Positions 9,250 through 20,938 of a stretch of DNA of 64,000 bases are shown piece after piece. The DNA is from an uncultured Chloroflexia bacterium. GTDB taxonomy: Bacteria > Chloroflexota > Limnocylindria > QHBO01. The first letter of the stretch is position 1; each line of letters begins with the position of its first letter. The translations under genes and the position numbers were made by a program. The DNA is taken from positions 530,015 through 594,014 of the forward strand of contig CAWGUL010000007.1 in the NCBI GenBank assembly GCA_963825905.1, written 5' to 3'. The notes below the pieces were generated by a model. It made no database searches, was not told the origin of the DNA, and was given only the letters and a program-made list of their open reading frames with translations.

Positions 9250-9289
9250 ACGGCTGCTCCGGATCTTCATCCGGGGCGAAGGAGGCCCG

Positions 9290-9295
9290 ATTCTA
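9290..9295 (-). promoter_or_regulatory. -10-like hexamer TAGAAT upstream of the tRNA-Leu pair
   Basis: TAGAATCGG on the minus strand, about 40 nt upstream of the tRNA-Leu(CAG) 5-prime end, between the secG stop and the tRNA. Confidence 0.35.
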
Positions 9296-9322
9296 GCACA
9301 GGCCCCTTGGCCGACCCCGACC

Positions 9323-9547
9323 CTAGAGGGCGGTGAAGTCGACGAGGTTGAGGAGGCTGAAGATGACGAACAGGACCGCCAGCACGATCGTGAGGCGGAA
9401 GAGCGTCCGCTCGATTCCACGTCGGCTGCGGTAGGCCGTGACCTCGCCGCCGAACGCTCCGCCGAGGCCCGTCCCACGCTGCTGGAGCAGGATCGAGGCG
9501 ATGAGCGCGATGGCGAGGATCATCTGCGCGAGGATGAGAGGCGTCAT
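9323..9547 (-). CDS. secG: preprotein translocase subunit SecG
   Basis: Intact 74 aa with two TM helices and the central LLQQRGTGLGGAFGG motif. Confidence 0.85.
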   Translation of the reverse strand: MTPLILAQMILAIALIASILLQQRGTGLGGAFGGEVTAYRSRRGIERTLFRLTIVLAVLFVIFSLLNLVDFTAL

Positions 9548-9556
9548 GGCCGGCGG

Positions 9557-9562
9557 AGTCTA
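9557..9562 (-). promoter_or_regulatory. -10-like hexamer TAGACT, 9 nt upstream of the secG ATG
   Basis: Lies in the 28-nt gap between the gpmI stop and the secG start. No Shine-Dalgarno sequence is present. Confidence 0.3.
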
Positions 9563-9575
9563 GCAGACCGATCCG

Positions 9576-11131
9576 TCACTCGCCGCTGGCCCCTTGGAGG
9601 AGGGAGCGACCGGTCATCTCGGGCCCAGGCGGGATGCCGAGCAGCTGGCAGAGGGTCGGTGCGACGTCGGCGAGCAGGCCGTTGCGCAGGCGAGCCCCGC
9701 GGTGGCGCTCGCTGACGAGGAGGCACGGGACGGGCGCGGTCGTGTGCTTCGTCTGCGGCTGCCCTGCCTCGTCGCGCATCTCCTCGATGTTGCCGTGGTC
9801 GGCGGTGATGACGAGCGCGCCGCCGGCGGCGAGGGTGGCGGTCGAGACGCGCGCGAGGCAGCCGTCGACGATCTCGGCGGCGCGCACCGCAGCGTCCCAG
9901 ACCCCGGTGTGGCCGACCATGTCCGGGTTGGCGTAGTTCGCGACGATGAAGTCGAAGCCGCCGCCCTCGATCGCTCCGACGAGCGCGTCGGTGATCGGTG
10001 CCGCGCTCATCTCGGGCGCCTGGTCGTACGTCGCCACCGCGCGGTTCGACGGCACCAGGATCCGCTCCTCGCCGGCGAAGGGCTCCTCGATCCGCCGTTG
10101 AAGAAGTAGGTGACATGGGCGTACTTCTCCGTCTCGGCGACGTGGAGCTGGCGCAGGCCGCGGCGCGACAGCTCGGCCGCCAGCGAATCGATGACGAGCG
10201 GCGGGAACGCGACCGCCACCGGCAGCTCGTCGGGCGCCTGGTACTCGGTCAGGGTCGTGATCGCTGAGGTCTCGTGGGCGCGAGCCGCGGTCGAAGGCGT
10301 CGAAGGCGTCGAGCGCCAGCGGCCTGGGTGAGCTGCCGTCGCCCGGTCGGCGCGGAAGTTGAGGTGGATGGCAGCGTCGCCGTCGCGCAGTCCCGGCGTA
10401 GTCGCCGATCACGGTCGGGCGGATGAACTCGTCCGACACGTCTGCCGCATAGGCCGATGCGACCGCCGCCGCGCCGCTCGCGGCGCGCTCGCCACGGCCG
10501 TCGACGAGGGCGTCGTAGGCGAGCTGGGTGCGATCCCAGCGCCGGTCGCGATCCATGGCGTAGTAGCGGCCACTCACCGTCGCGATCGCTGGCGATGCCG
10601 GCGAGGGCGTCCTCGAGCGTGGCGAGGAAGCCGTGCGCCGAGCGCGGGCGGCGTGTCGCGTCCATCGGTGAAGGCATGGAGCAGCACGCGCGTCGGCAGG
10701 GAGCCCCGCATCGTGGGCAAGCCGTGCGGCCGCGACGATGTGCTCGTCGAGCGCGTGGACCCCTCCGGGACCGATGAGGCCCGAGGAGGTGCAGGCGCCC
10801 GTCGCCGTCGCGGGCATGCCGCGCCGCGGCGTTCAGCGGGCCGTTGGTCGCGAACGAGCCGTCCGCGATCGCGCGGCTGATGCGCGGCAGGTCCTGGAGC
10901 ACGGGAAAGCCGGCGCCCGAGGTTGAGGTGCCCGACCTCCGAGTTGCCCATCTGCCCGTCCGGCAGGCCGACCGCCGCGCCCGATGCCTGGAGCGGCAGG
11001 AGGGCCACGTGGCGAGGAGCGCGTGCCAGGCCGGCATCGTCCGCCGCCATGAGCGCATTGCGGCGCGGGTCGTCGCCGATGCCGAAGCCGTCGAGGACGA
11101 CGAGGACGACCGGCCGGAACGCGACGCTCAC
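9576..11131 (-). pseudogene. gpmI: 2,3-bisphosphoglycerate-independent phosphoglycerate mutase, multiple frameshifts
   Basis: N-terminus from the GTG at 11131 (SVAFRPVVLVVLDGFG, GQMGNSEVGH). Middle pieces lie in two other frames (LQDLPRISRAIADGSF, IATVSGRYYAMDRDRRWDR). The C-terminal 170 aa are intact (ITADHGN). The span length is not a multiple of 3. Confidence 0.8.
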
Positions 11132-11902
11132 CGCGCCGGCGTGCGGCGGCGGCCGCGGCACGGACGATCGCCGCGAACTGGTCGACCTCGAGCGACGCGC
11201 CGCCGACGAGCGCCCCGTCGACGTCCCGCTCGGCGAAGATGGCGGCCGCGTTGTCGGCGGTGACGCTGCCGCCGTAGAGGATGGGAACGCTGGTCCGCCT
11301 CGTCGCCGAACGCGCTCGCGGACGAACGTCGCGGATCTGCGCCGCCGCCGCCTGCGCGTCGTCAGGCGACGCCGCCATGCCGGTCCCGATCGCCCAGACC
11401 GGCTCGTACGCGATGGCGACGGCGGCGCTTCGTCGAGACCGTCCAGACGGCTCAGCGCGGCTCGCAGCTGGCGGTCGATCACCCCTCCGCCTCGGCCGCC
11501 GCCTGGCGCTCCTCGAGCCGCTCGCCGATCGGCGGCGATCGGGAACGAGCCCGTACTCGACCGCGCTCGCGACCTTGCGCGCCACCGCCTCGTCCGTCTC
11601 GCCGTCGTACTGGCGGCGCTCCGAGTGGCCGAGGATGACGTGGCTCGCCACGCCGTCGAGCATGGCGCCGCTCGTCTCGCCGGTGTACGCGCCCTGCGCG
11701 GACCAGTGCATCGTCTGCGCGCCGATCCCGATGCCGGACCCCTCGAGCAGCGCGGCGAGCGGCCTCGAGCCAGATCGTCGGCGGGCAGACGACGACGTCG
11801 ACGCCATCGGCGGGCCTCGATCGCGGCGAGCAGGTCGGCAGCAAGGCCCAGCGCCTCCGGCTCGGTCGGCGGGTTCATCTTCCAGTTGCCGGCGACGAGC
11901 AT
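11128..11902 (-). pseudogene. tpiA: triosephosphate isomerase, multiple frameshifts
   Basis: MLVAGNWKMN from the ATG at 11902, then GVDVVVCPP, GAYTGETS and AIAYEPVWAIGTG spread over three frames. The stop is inferred as the TGA of a GTGA overlap with the gpmI start. Confidence 0.75.
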
Positions 11903-11924
11903 CCGGCGTGGCGACTGCCATCGG

Positions 11925-12784
11925 TCAGTCTTCGGCCGCCAGCTCGACGAGGCGCCGGAGCCGATGGTTCGCCGCCGAGCGGCTCGACGCCGAGGCTGGT
12001 GGCGAGCGCATCGAGGTCGGCGTCTGGCTGCCGCCGACGCGCCGCCGACCACCTCGCGCAGTGCGAGCGGCAGGTCGGCGAGGCGCCCGGAGCCCTCGAG
12101 CTCGTCGATGGCGGCGAGCTGGCGCTCGGCGGCGCGCACGGTGCGGCCGAGGTTGGCCGCCTCGGCGTTGAGGAGGCGGTTCGAGCCGCGACTGGACCTC
12201 GCGGCCGACGCGCGCCGTTTCGAAGTCGAGCACCGCGCGATTCGCACCGGCCAGGCGAAGCAGGGTCGCGATCTCCTCGTTGCCCTTCACGTAGACGACG
12301 CTGCGGCCCCGGCGCTCGGCGAGCGAGGCCGCCGACCTCGACGGCCGCCGAGCCGGCGGCGCAGCTCGGCGGCGCGCGCTCGGCTGCGCACGACCCATTC
12401 GACGTGCGGGCCGCTGCTGCCGAACGACGATCGACGCCGAGCCGAGCACGCAGGCCGCGCAGCCAGGCGCGGCGGTCGCAGGCCGGCGCCTCGGTCCATC
12501 GCCAGTCCTGGATCGCTGCGCGGTCGAGCTCGACGCGGAGGTGATGCCGGGCGTGGGCGTCCGGGATGCGGGCCCGGGAGCCGCGCGCTGCATCGGCTCG
12601 ACGGCGATGCCGAGCGCCGCGGCCAGCTGGAGCGCAACCCGAGCGGTGGCATGGTCGAGGGTCGAGACGCCGCCGCTGCGATCCGGTCCCCCGCCAGCAG
12701 GCCGGCCAGCTCGGCGCGCTGGCAGTGGTCCCGCGCGGGCTGGATGCGGGCGAGCTCGCCCTTGATCTCGGAGGCGACGAGCAT
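11925..12784 (-). pseudogene. whiA: sporulation/cell-division regulator WhiA, multiple frameshifts
   Basis: N-terminus MLVASEIKGELARIQPARDHCQRAELAGLL (12784). Central VYVKGNEEIATLLRLAGANRAVLDFE. C-terminal HTH SRSAANHRLRRLVELA ends at 11925. The pieces lie in different frames. Confidence 0.75.
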
Positions 12785-12787
12785 CGG

Positions 12788-14120
12788 CTACGAGGCGCTG
12801 GCGGTCGGCCGCTCGGTCGGGCGCTCGATTCGCCGCTGCCGAGGCCGATCGACCCGATCCTCCTGCTGCAGACGCATGAGCGCCGAAGCGAGCTTCGCCG
12901 GGTCGTGGCGATGCGCATTCGCCGGGTCGACGAGGTCCTCCTCGACCACGACCATCGGCAGCTCCTCGAGGCGGCGCGCGTCGATCTCCACCGGCTGGCC
13001 CTGCCAGCCCTGCGGCGCGCGGGCGCCACGTGACTGGTTGAGGAGCACGTAGTCGAAGAGGCTGGGGCCGACGTGGGCGATGAGCGCCTCGAGGTGCTCG
13101 GCGGCGCTGAAGCCGCCGGTCTCGCCGGGCTGGGTGGCCACGTTGCAGACATAGACGCGGAGCCCCGCTGCGGCGGCGATCGCGTCGCGGATGTCGCTGA
13201 TGAGCAGGTTCGGGAGCACGCTGCTGAAGAGGCTGCCCGGGCCCATCACGATCATCTCCGCCTCCAGGATCCGCTCGATCGCCTCGGGGTTGGCGCGCAC
13301 GTCGGCCGGCTCGATGAAGACCTGCTCGATCGGCTCATCGGTCGAGGCGATCGCCACCTGGCCGTTGACGTGACGGCCGTTCACGAGCCGCGCCGACAGG
13401 TTGAGCGGCACGCTCGTCGCCGGCAGCACCTGGCCGCGCACGGCGAGAACGCGATTCGACTCGCGCACCGCCTCCTCGAAGTCGCCGGTCACCGCGGTCA
13501 TGGCGGCGATGAACAGGTTGCCGAAGGCGTGGTCGTCGAGGCCCGATCCCGACGGGAAGCGGTACTGCATGAGCTGGGTCATGAGCGGCTCGGCGTCGGC
13601 AAGGGCTGCGATGCAGTTCCGGATGTCGCCGGGCGGCACGATCCCGAGCTGCTGGCGGAGGCGGCCGGAGGATCCCGCCGTCGTCCGCCACCGCCACGAC
13701 GGCGGTGATGTTCGCGCTGTACGCCTTGAGGCCGCGGAGCAGGGTCGAGAGGCCGGTCCCGCCGCCGATCGCGACGATCCGCGGCCCGCGCGCGAGGTAG
13801 CGCTTCGTGTAGAGGACCTCCATCACGCTGTTGCCGCGCTGGACGAACGGTGACACGACACTGCGCATGAGCCCCCACACGCCGAGGGCGGTGAGCGCCA
13901 GCCCGAGGCCGCCGAGGATGGCGGCGCGCACCGGCCGATCGAGCCAGGCGCCGGTGAGGTAGAAGAAGAACGGCTCCTCGGCGAGCTGCCGGCCGCGATA
14001 GAGATCGAGCAGGAACACGGCGCCGCCGAGGCCGAGGATCACGATCCCGAGGAAGACGAGCAGCAGCCAGCGCTTGAGGTGCATGCCCGGGTAGAGCCAG
14101 CGCGGGAGGTGCGGCCTCAT
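12788..14120 (-). pseudogene. yvcK: YvcK/CofD-family gluconeogenesis factor with N-terminal TM segment, one frameshift
   Basis: N-terminal part (MRPHLPRW...RIVAIGGGTGLSTLLRGLK) is in the frame of track ORF 13335..14816. The rest is 12788..13639. The break is near 13640-13690. Confidence 0.8.
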
Positions 14121-14982
14121 CGCTCCAGCTCCCGGTGGAAGACCGCCACCGCCCCGTCGCCGGACTCTCGCGAGACGCCGCGCCAGCTCCTCCGCCAGCG
14201 CGATCGAGCGGTGGTAGCCGCCGGTGCAGCCGAGCGCCAGGGTGAGGCGGGACTTTCCCTCGGCGTGGTAGGCGGGCATCGTCAGCTCGAGCAGCTCGGT
14301 CACCAGGTCGAGGAAGCGCCCCGCCGCCGGCTGGGCGAGGACGTACTCGCGTACCGGGTGCGTGAGGCCGGAGAGCGGTTTGAGATCCGGCACCCAGTAG
14401 GGATTCGTCAGGAAGCGGACATCGAACACCAGGTCCGCGTCGAGCGGGACGCCGTACTTGAACCCGAACGTGATGATGTCGATCTGCAGCTCGCCGGCCG
14501 CCGCCTCCGACGGGACGAGCGCGAAGAGCCGCTCCTTCAGCTGACCGATCGAGAAGCCGCTCGTGTCGACGATCTCGTCGGCAAGGTCGCGCGTCCGCGC
14601 CAGCCGGCGCTGCTCTTCCCGGATGCCGCCCTGCACCCCGCCGTGCTCCTGGAGCGGATGGCGGTGGCGCGTCTCGCTGAAGCGCGACACGAGGCTCGCC
14701 TCTGTCTGCCTCGAGGTAGAGCACGTGGAGCGGGATCTCGCCGCCAGCGAGCGCGGCACGCGCCCGCTCGATCGCGGGGGCCGGATCGCCGGCACGGATG
14801 TCGAGCACCAGGGCAACGTTCCGATAGCGCGGCTGATCGGTGTCCCGGAGGTGGAGGAAGCCGTCGAGCAGCTCCGGCGGCAGGTTGTCGACGCAGTAGA
14901 ACCCGAGGTCCTCGAACAGCTTCGCGGCCTGGCTCTTGCCGGCGCCCGAGAGGCCCGTGATCACGATGACCGAGCCGGCCAC
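14117..14982 (-). pseudogene. rapZ: RNase adapter / nucleotide-binding protein RapZ (YvcJ), two frameshifts
   Basis: Walker [14 protein letters not shown] at the N-terminus. The C-terminal half (FGFKYGVPLDADLVFDVRFLTNPYW) is in a second frame. The last 17 codons (ESGDGAVAVFHRELER) are in a third frame and end in an ATGA overlap with yvcK. Confidence 0.8.
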
Positions 14983-15119
14983 CGGGTCGTGGCGCGCGCG
15001 CCGCCTGCGCCGGCTCGCGCGCGGCTTCCTGCCGCTCGCGCCCGGTGCGGTCGTGCGTCGCCTCGTCGGTCGTGGTGCGTGTCATCGGCGGCCCGTGGTG
15101 CGTGCCCGGAGTATAGCCG

Positions 15120-16107
15120 TCACCCTCCTGCGGGCGGCATCGGGGCGCCGGCCATGCCGGCCAGCAGCCCGCGAACGGTGGCTGCCACGGAGGCGCGCAG
15201 GGCGTCGAGGTCATAGCCGCCCTCCAGGGTGAGCGCGATGCCCGGCAGCCCGAGCCGTCGGGCGACGCCGCCGAGGGCCAGCGCCACCGCCTCGTAGCCG
15301 CGCTCGGTGACGTCGAGGTTGGCGAGCAGGTCGGCCGCGTGGGCGTCATAGCCGGCCGAGACGAGGATCGCCTCGCGGCCGAAACGCCTCGACGGCGGGC
15401 AGCAATTCCCGGGTCCAGGCGTCGACGAAGGCCGCGTCGCCGTCTCCTGGTGCCAGCGCTCGGTTCAGCTTCGTCCCGGCCGCCGCCCCGCTTCCTCGCT
15501 CCGCGGGGAAGCCGGTTCCCGGAAAGAGCGGCATCTGGTGGGTCGAGGCGTAGCACAGGTCCGCGTCGGCTTCGAAGATCGCCTGCGTGCCGTCGCCGTG
15601 GTGCACGTCCCAGTCGACGATGGCGAGCCGGCTGAGGCCCGTCTCGGCGCGCAGGGCGGCCGCCGCGACGGCGACGTTGTTCACGAGGCAGAAGCCGGAG
15701 GGACGGTCGGCCGTGGCATGGTGGCCCGGGGGCCGCACGGCCGCGAAGGCCACCCGTGCCTCCCCGCGCGCGACGGCGAGGGCGGCATCGATCGTCGCCC
15801 CGGCCGCCAACCGGAGCGCGGTCGCCGACCCGGCGGCGAGGTAGGTGTCCCCGTCGATCCAGCCGCCGCCGGCCATGGCCGCTCGGCCGAGGGCGGCGAG
15901 GAGCGCGGGCACGTGGATGCGCTCCAGCTCGGCGTCGGTGGCGGCGCGCGCGTCCCGCTCCACGAGGATCGCCCCCTCGGCGGCAGCCTCGCGCACGCCC
16001 TCGACCGCCGCCGCTCGGCGGGACGGGCGCTCCGGGTGGCCGGCGGCCGTATGGGCATCGGTCCGCTCGGAGGTGATCAGCAGGACGCGGGGCGCGGGTT
16101 CAGCCAC
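15120..16107 (-). pseudogene. histone-deacetylase-family (AcuC-like) deacetylase, one frameshift
   Basis: RPPGHHA and DWDVHHGDGTQ motifs are in track ORF 15346..16107. The C-terminal 85 codons (ILVSAGYDAH...GGYDLDAL) continue in another frame to the TGA at 15120. Confidence 0.8.
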
Positions 16108-16867
16108 GGATGCGCTTGATGATGAACAGGCTCCCCTCGAAGAGGACGTACATCACGAGGCCCATGATCGTGGGCGAGATGGGATCCGAGCCGGGCGTCA
16201 GCACGATGGCGGTGACGGTGATGAAGAGGATCGCCCAGCGCCGCCGGCGCGCGAGGAAGGCGTGGCTGAGGATCCCGACCCGCGCCAGGACGATGAGCAC
16301 GATCGGGAACTCGAGCACGAGCCCGAAGGCGAGCAGCGTGGTCGTGACAAAGCCGATGTACTCGTCGATCGTGAAGAGCGGCGACGTGATGTCGGGCGGC
16401 GCCACCCCGATGAGGAACTGGAGCATGTACGGGAGGACGAGGTAGCCGAGCCCGATCCCCAGCACGAAGAGGAGCAGCGCCGCGACGAGCCCGGGCCAGA
16501 CGAGGCGCCGCTCTCGGCGGGTCAGCCCCGGCGTGATGAACCGATACGCCTGGTACAGCAGGACGGGCATCGCGATCGCGAGGCCGGTGAAGCCGCCGAT
16601 CTTCAGCTGGGCGCCAAACGCGCCGGCCGGCGACGTGAAGTACAGGGTCCGATAGGCGGCGGGCAGGAGGTCGACGAGGAGGCGCAGGATGCCGCTCGAG
16701 ACGAAGAAGCCGGCGACCGCGCCGACGAGGATGACAGCGACGACGATGATCAGCCGCCGCCGCAGCTCGGCGAGATGCTCGATGAGCGTCATCGCCGGCC
16801 CGCCGTCGAGGACCGGCGGCGTTGGGTCGATCACGACCGGGGCGCTGGCATGCTCCGGATCCGACAT
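16100..16867 (-). CDS. tatC: twin-arginine translocase subunit TatC
   Basis: Intact 255 aa with six TM helices and LIEHLAELRRRLI. Its 3-prime end overlaps the deacetylase start by 8 nt. Confidence 0.9.
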   Translation of the reverse strand: MSDPEHASAPVVIDPTPPVLDGGPAMTLIEHLAELRRRLIIVVAVILVGAVAGFFVSSGILRLLVDLLPAAYRTLYFTSPAGAFGAQLKIGGFTGLAIAMPVLLYQAYRFITPGLTRRERRLVWPGLVAALLLFVLGIGLGYLVLPYMLQFLIGVAPPDITSPLFTIDEYIGFVTTTLLAFGLVLEFPIVLIVLARVGILSHAFLARRRRWAILFITVTAIVLTPGSDPISPTIMGLVMYVLFEGSLFIIKRIRG

Positions 16868-16927
16868 CGGGCGGTCAGCCGGCGGGCGTCGCGCGGCGAA
16901 CCCCCGCGCCGCCGATCAGCGCGGCGG

Positions 16928-17149
16928 CTACTTCGGGTCGGTCGGGGGCGTCGTCGACGAGGTCGTCGAGGTCGACTCGGGCGGCTTCGTCTCGCCGCGG
17001 ATCGACTCCTCGAGGTCGTTCGAGGCCTTGCGGAACTCGCGGACGCCGCGACCGATGGCGTTGCCGATATCCGGGAGCTTGCCCGGTCCGAACACGATGA
17101 GCACGACCACGAGCAGGATCACGAGCTCAGGCCATCCGATGGGTCCCAT
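16928..17149 (-). CDS. tatA: twin-arginine translocase subunit TatA/E
   Basis: 73 aa from the ATG at 17149: MGPIGWPELVILLVVVLIVFGPGKLP then an amphipathic helix and a Ser/Thr-rich tail. Confidence 0.85.
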   Translation of the reverse strand: MGPIGWPELVILLVVVLIVFGPGKLPDIGNAIGRGVREFRKASNDLEESIRGETKPPESTSTTSSTTPPTDPK

Positions 17150-17168
17150 GTCGCGTGCCGATTCTCCG

Positions 17169-18032
17169 TTACGGACGCCGTGCCGCGGCGTCGGCTTCCC
17201 GAGGCTGTTCGCCGAGTGTAGCACCGGCCGCCTCCCGCATCCGCTCGGCCATCCGGGCCGCGGCCTGCCGCGCGGCACGCTGCCAGTCCGCATCGCGCGA
17301 GGCGCCGGCGATCGCGCGTGACACGTTCACGAGGCCGGGCGCGTCGCCCGCCGCGCAGCTCCGCACCGCCGCCACCAGGTCGCCACCCTGCGCCCCGACG
17401 CCGGGCACGAGGAACGGCGTCCGCGGTACGAGGTCGCGGAGGCGGGCGAGCTCAGCCGGAGCGGTCGCGCCGACGACGAGGCCAACGCGTGGGTCGGCCC
17501 AGGTGCGGCCCACCCAGCGCGCGACGTGCTCGTGGAGCGGTGCGCCGTCGACGGCGAGATCCTGGAGCGTCCCGGCGCTCGGGTTGGACGTTCGGGCGAG
17601 GACGTAGACGATCGCCCCGCCGTGCTCCACGAACGGCGCCACGCCGTCCTCGCCGAGGTACGGCGACACGGTGACCCCGTCCGCACCGAGATGGCCGAGG
17701 ATCGCGGCCGCGTACCGCTCGGCCGAGGTGCCGATGTCGCCGCGCTTCGCGTCCGCGATGAGCACGAGCTCCGGCGGAACCTCGGCGCGCAGCCGCTCGA
17801 GCGCCGCCCAGCCGGCAGAGCCGAATGCCTCGAAGAAGCCGAGGTTCACCTTCACCGCGGCGGCCTCCTCGACCGCGACCTCGAGGAGGCCGCGGGCGAA
17901 GGCCTCGATCCCGCGCGCGTCCTGCGCGAGGCCGTCCGGCAGGGCGTCGGGGTGCGGGTCGATCCCAAGGCAGAGCGGCGCGCCGATGCGCTCGACGCGG
18001 GCGCGGAGACGATCGAGCGGGGGGACGCTCAC
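17169..18032 (-). CDS. pyrF: orotidine 5-prime-phosphate decarboxylase (type 2)
   Basis: GTG at 18032 overlaps the recJ stop (GTGA). Motifs LCLGIDPH and LIADAKRGDIG are present. 287 aa, intact. Confidence 0.85.
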   Translation of the reverse strand: MSVPPLDRLRARVERIGAPLCLGIDPHPDALPDGLAQDARGIEAFARGLLEVAVEEAAAVKVNLGFFEAFGSAGWAALERLRAEVPPELVLIADAKRGDIGTSAERYAAAILGHLGADGVTVSPYLGEDGVAPFVEHGGAIVYVLARTSNPSAGTLQDLAVDGAPLHEHVARWVGRTWADPRVGLVVGATAPAELARLRDLVPRTPFLVPGVGAQGGDLVAAVRSCAAGDAPGLVNVSRAIAGASRDADWQRAARQAAARMAERMREAAGATLGEQPREADAAARRP

Positions 18033-19785
18033 CCCGTGGCCACCGCCGTGCCCGGGCCGACCGCGGCGAGCCGCCGCTGGTGGAGCGGGCTCAGCGTGGC
18101 ATCCGCGAAGTCCACCACCCGAATCCGGAGCCGTGGCAGTCCCTGGAACGTGTCGCGCTCCAGCGTGCCGAGCAGATCGACCGATCCCCCGGCCTCCGGG
18201 ATCTCGCGCTCTGCCCCGATGCCGAACGCGATCGCGTCGATGACCTCCAGGCCCCGCCGCAGCCGGAATGCGAGGTGCTGACCCTCGGCACCGACGCGGC
18301 GCGCGTCGGCGAGCCGCAGGCCGGTGATGGCGAGCATCGGCTCGACGTGGCCGGGCCCGTACGGCGCGAGCCGATCGAGCTCGTCGGCGAGGCTCCAGCC
18401 GAGGTGCGTGGCCGGCAGGACGAGGTCGACGACGACGCGGCCCGGGCGTTCCGCCGGGACGTCGCCGCCCGGCCACGGACGGGGCAGCGCGCTGAAGGCC
18501 GCCACGAAGGCCTCCCACGCATCGGGGTGGGCGGAGAAGCCGCCCGCGCCGGCGTGGCCGCCCCGCTTCGTGAGATGCGCTGCTGTGGCCTCCAGCGCGG
18601 CCGCGACGTGGAAGTCGCCCGGGGCACGGACCGAGCCGCGCACCTCGTCACCGACGAGCGCGGCCACGGCGACCGGACGCGCCAGCGTGTCGACGAGCCG
18701 GGACGCCACGAGGCCGAGCAGTCCCGGGGCCCAGTCGTCACCGCGGATGACGAGCGGGCTGGTCCCGACATTGCCGGCCACGAGCGCCCTGCGCCTGGTC
18801 CACCACGGTGGTCGTGAGCGCGCGACGCTCGAGGTGCACCGCCTCCAGCTCGTCGGCGATCCGCTCGGCGGCCACCGGATCCTCCTCGATCATGAGCGAG
18901 ATCGCGAGCTCGGCCTCCGCGATCCGGCCGGCGGCGTTGATGCGCGGCGCGATGCCGAAGCCGAGGTCGCGCGCGGTGGGCGCATCGGGATGCTCGGCGG
19001 CGCGAGCGAGGAGGGCGCGCAGGCCCGCACGCTCGGTGACCGCGAGCTCGGCCAGCCCGAGGCGGACGATGGCGCGCGATTCACCGGTCATTGGCGCCAG
19101 GTCCGAGACCGTCCCGATGGCGGCCACGCCGGCGAGATCGGGCACCGCCAGGCCACGGCGCGCGAGCAGCGCCGAGGCGAGCTTGTACGACAGGCCGGCG
19201 CCGGTGAGGTCGGGGTCCGGGTAGGCGCAGTCGGGTCGGTGCGGGTCGACGACGGCCACCGCGGCCGGAAGCGCCTCAAGCGGGAGGTGGTGATCGGTCA
19301 CGATGACGTCCAGCCCGATCTCGTTCGCGTGCGCCACCTCGGCCAGGTTCACGATCCCGCAGTCGACGGTGATGACGAGGTCGACCCCGGCCGCGCGGAG
19401 CCGATCAAGGCCCGCCGACCGACAGGCCGTACCCCTCCGCCAGCCGCGACGGAACGTAGCGCACCGGGTCCACGCCGAGCGCGCGCAGCCCAAGCACCCA
19501 GACCGCGATCGCGCTCATTCCGTCGGCGTCGTAGTCGCCCCAGATCGCGATCCGCTCCCCCGCCGCGATGGCGGCATCGATGCGGTCGAGGGCGCGATCC
19601 GCGTCCGCCATGCGCGAAAGATCGTGGAGCGCGCCGGCGCCCGCTTCGAGGAACGCCACGAGCTGCGCGTCGTCGCGGAAGCCGCGCCGCGCCAGGAGCG
19701 TCGCCACCGGGCGCCCGAAGCCGACGAAGGTCGGAGGTTCCGGGACGGGCTCGGGCAGGAGCCAGTCGAGGCGCGGCGGGATCAC
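18029..19785 (-). pseudogene. recJ: single-stranded-DNA-specific exonuclease RecJ, two frameshifts
   Basis: DHH motifs IAIWGDYDADG (19405..19785), VITVDCG and VIVTDHHLP (18738..19493), and the C-terminal OB part (18029..18781) lie in three different frames. Confidence 0.85.
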
Positions 19786-19791
19786 CGGGCC

Positions 19792-19797
19792 ATGGTA
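19792..19797 (-). promoter_or_regulatory. -10-like hexamer TACCAT, 6 nt upstream of the recJ GTG
   Basis: TACCAT-GGCCCG-GTG on the minus strand, with no Shine-Dalgarno sequence. Confidence 0.3.
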
Positions 19798-19809
19798 GTC
19801 GGGCGCGAT

Positions 19810-19829
19810 GGCGCGCCGCTTAGCGCGCC
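19810..19829 (-). terminator. GC hairpin between secF and recJ
   Basis: GGCGCGC-6 nt-GCGCGCC, a 7-bp stem lying 22 nt past the secF stop. Confidence 0.35.
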
Positions 19830-19850
19830 GTTATCGGTCCGCCGGCAGGC

Positions 19851-20935
19851 TCAGCGCGAGAGCGGACGGACCGCCGCGCGGGCGCCGGACTTCCGGCGCT
19901 GGTCCCACTCGTACCAGGCGACGAGGATCTGGCTGGCATTGAAGATCGACGAGTACGTCCCGCTGACGACGCCGACGAGCAGCGCGAGCGTGAACGTCTT
20001 GATCGTCGCCGGGCCAAGCAGCAGGAGCGCGGCGAGCGTGACGATGACGGTGAGGCTGGTGATGATCGAGCGCCCCATCGTCTGGAGGATCGAGTGGTTC
20101 ACGATCGCCCCGAACGGCTCGCCGGCGTGCCGGATCCGGTTCTCGCGGATGCGGTCGAAGACGACGATCGTGTCGTGGACGCTGAAGCCGACGATCGTCA
20201 GCAGCGCGGTCACGAACAGGGCGTCGAACTCGAGCCCGAAGAAGAAGCCGAGGATCGCGAACAGGCCGACGACGAGGACGACGTCATGGAGCAGCGCGAT
20301 GATCGCCGCGGTGCCGAACCGGAACCCGAAGCGGATCCACAGGTAGGCCAGGATGAAGAGCTCACCGATGATGATGAGCACGGCCGAGCTGCGGATGAGG
20401 TCGGCGCCGATGATCGGGCCGATCGTCGTGGCGCTCCGTGGCTTGCCGCCCTGCATCGCGCCGAAACGGTCAACGAGCGCCGCCGACAGGTCGGAGAACT
20501 CGGTCTCGATCACCGGCGCGGGCGACGCGGTCGCCACCGGGGTTGGCACCGCGGTCGGGGTGGGCGACGCGCTGGCACTCGGCGTCGCGGTGGCCGTGCG
20601 GTGGCGGACGCGCTGGCCGAGCTGCTCGGCACGATGCTGCCGGAAGGGACCGGGATCGGCTGGTTCGGCGGCACGAGGTCGATCGGATCGGTCCGGATCT
20701 CGAGCCAGCCGTCGTTCGTCGTCTTCACCGTCGCCTCGGGGTGGCCGAGCTGGACCAGCGCGGCATGGACGTCGCCGGGCGTCGGGTTCGTGGCGTAGCG
20801 GACCTGGAAGACGGTTCCGCCGGTGAAGTCGACGGAGGGCTTCAGGCCGCCGAGCAGGATGAAGATGAGGCCCGGGATGGTGAGGAGCGCGGACAGGGCG
20901 AAGTACCAGCGCCGCTTGCCGACGATGTCATACAT
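19851..20935 (-). pseudogene. secF: protein-export membrane protein SecF, one frameshift
   Basis: N-terminus MYDIVGKRRWYFALSALL (20510..20935). The TM core (19851..20549) is in another frame. The break lies in a Ser/Ala/Pro-rich linker near 20550-20600. Confidence 0.85.
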
Positions 20936-20938
20936 CGG

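Noticed and set aside
10923-13052. 709-aa plus-strand ORF opposite gpmI-tpiA-whiA-yvcK
   Set aside because: It is antisense to four recognisable genes. The sequence is extremely Arg-rich and low in complexity, with no motifs. It is a GC-driven open frame.
15110-15115. TATACT hexamer after the deacetylase stop as an internal promoter for rapZ-yvcK-whiA
   Set aside because: It lies about 128 nt from the rapZ start with nothing else to support it, and the intervening sequence may belong to a frameshifted N-terminal extension. Too speculative to list as a feature.
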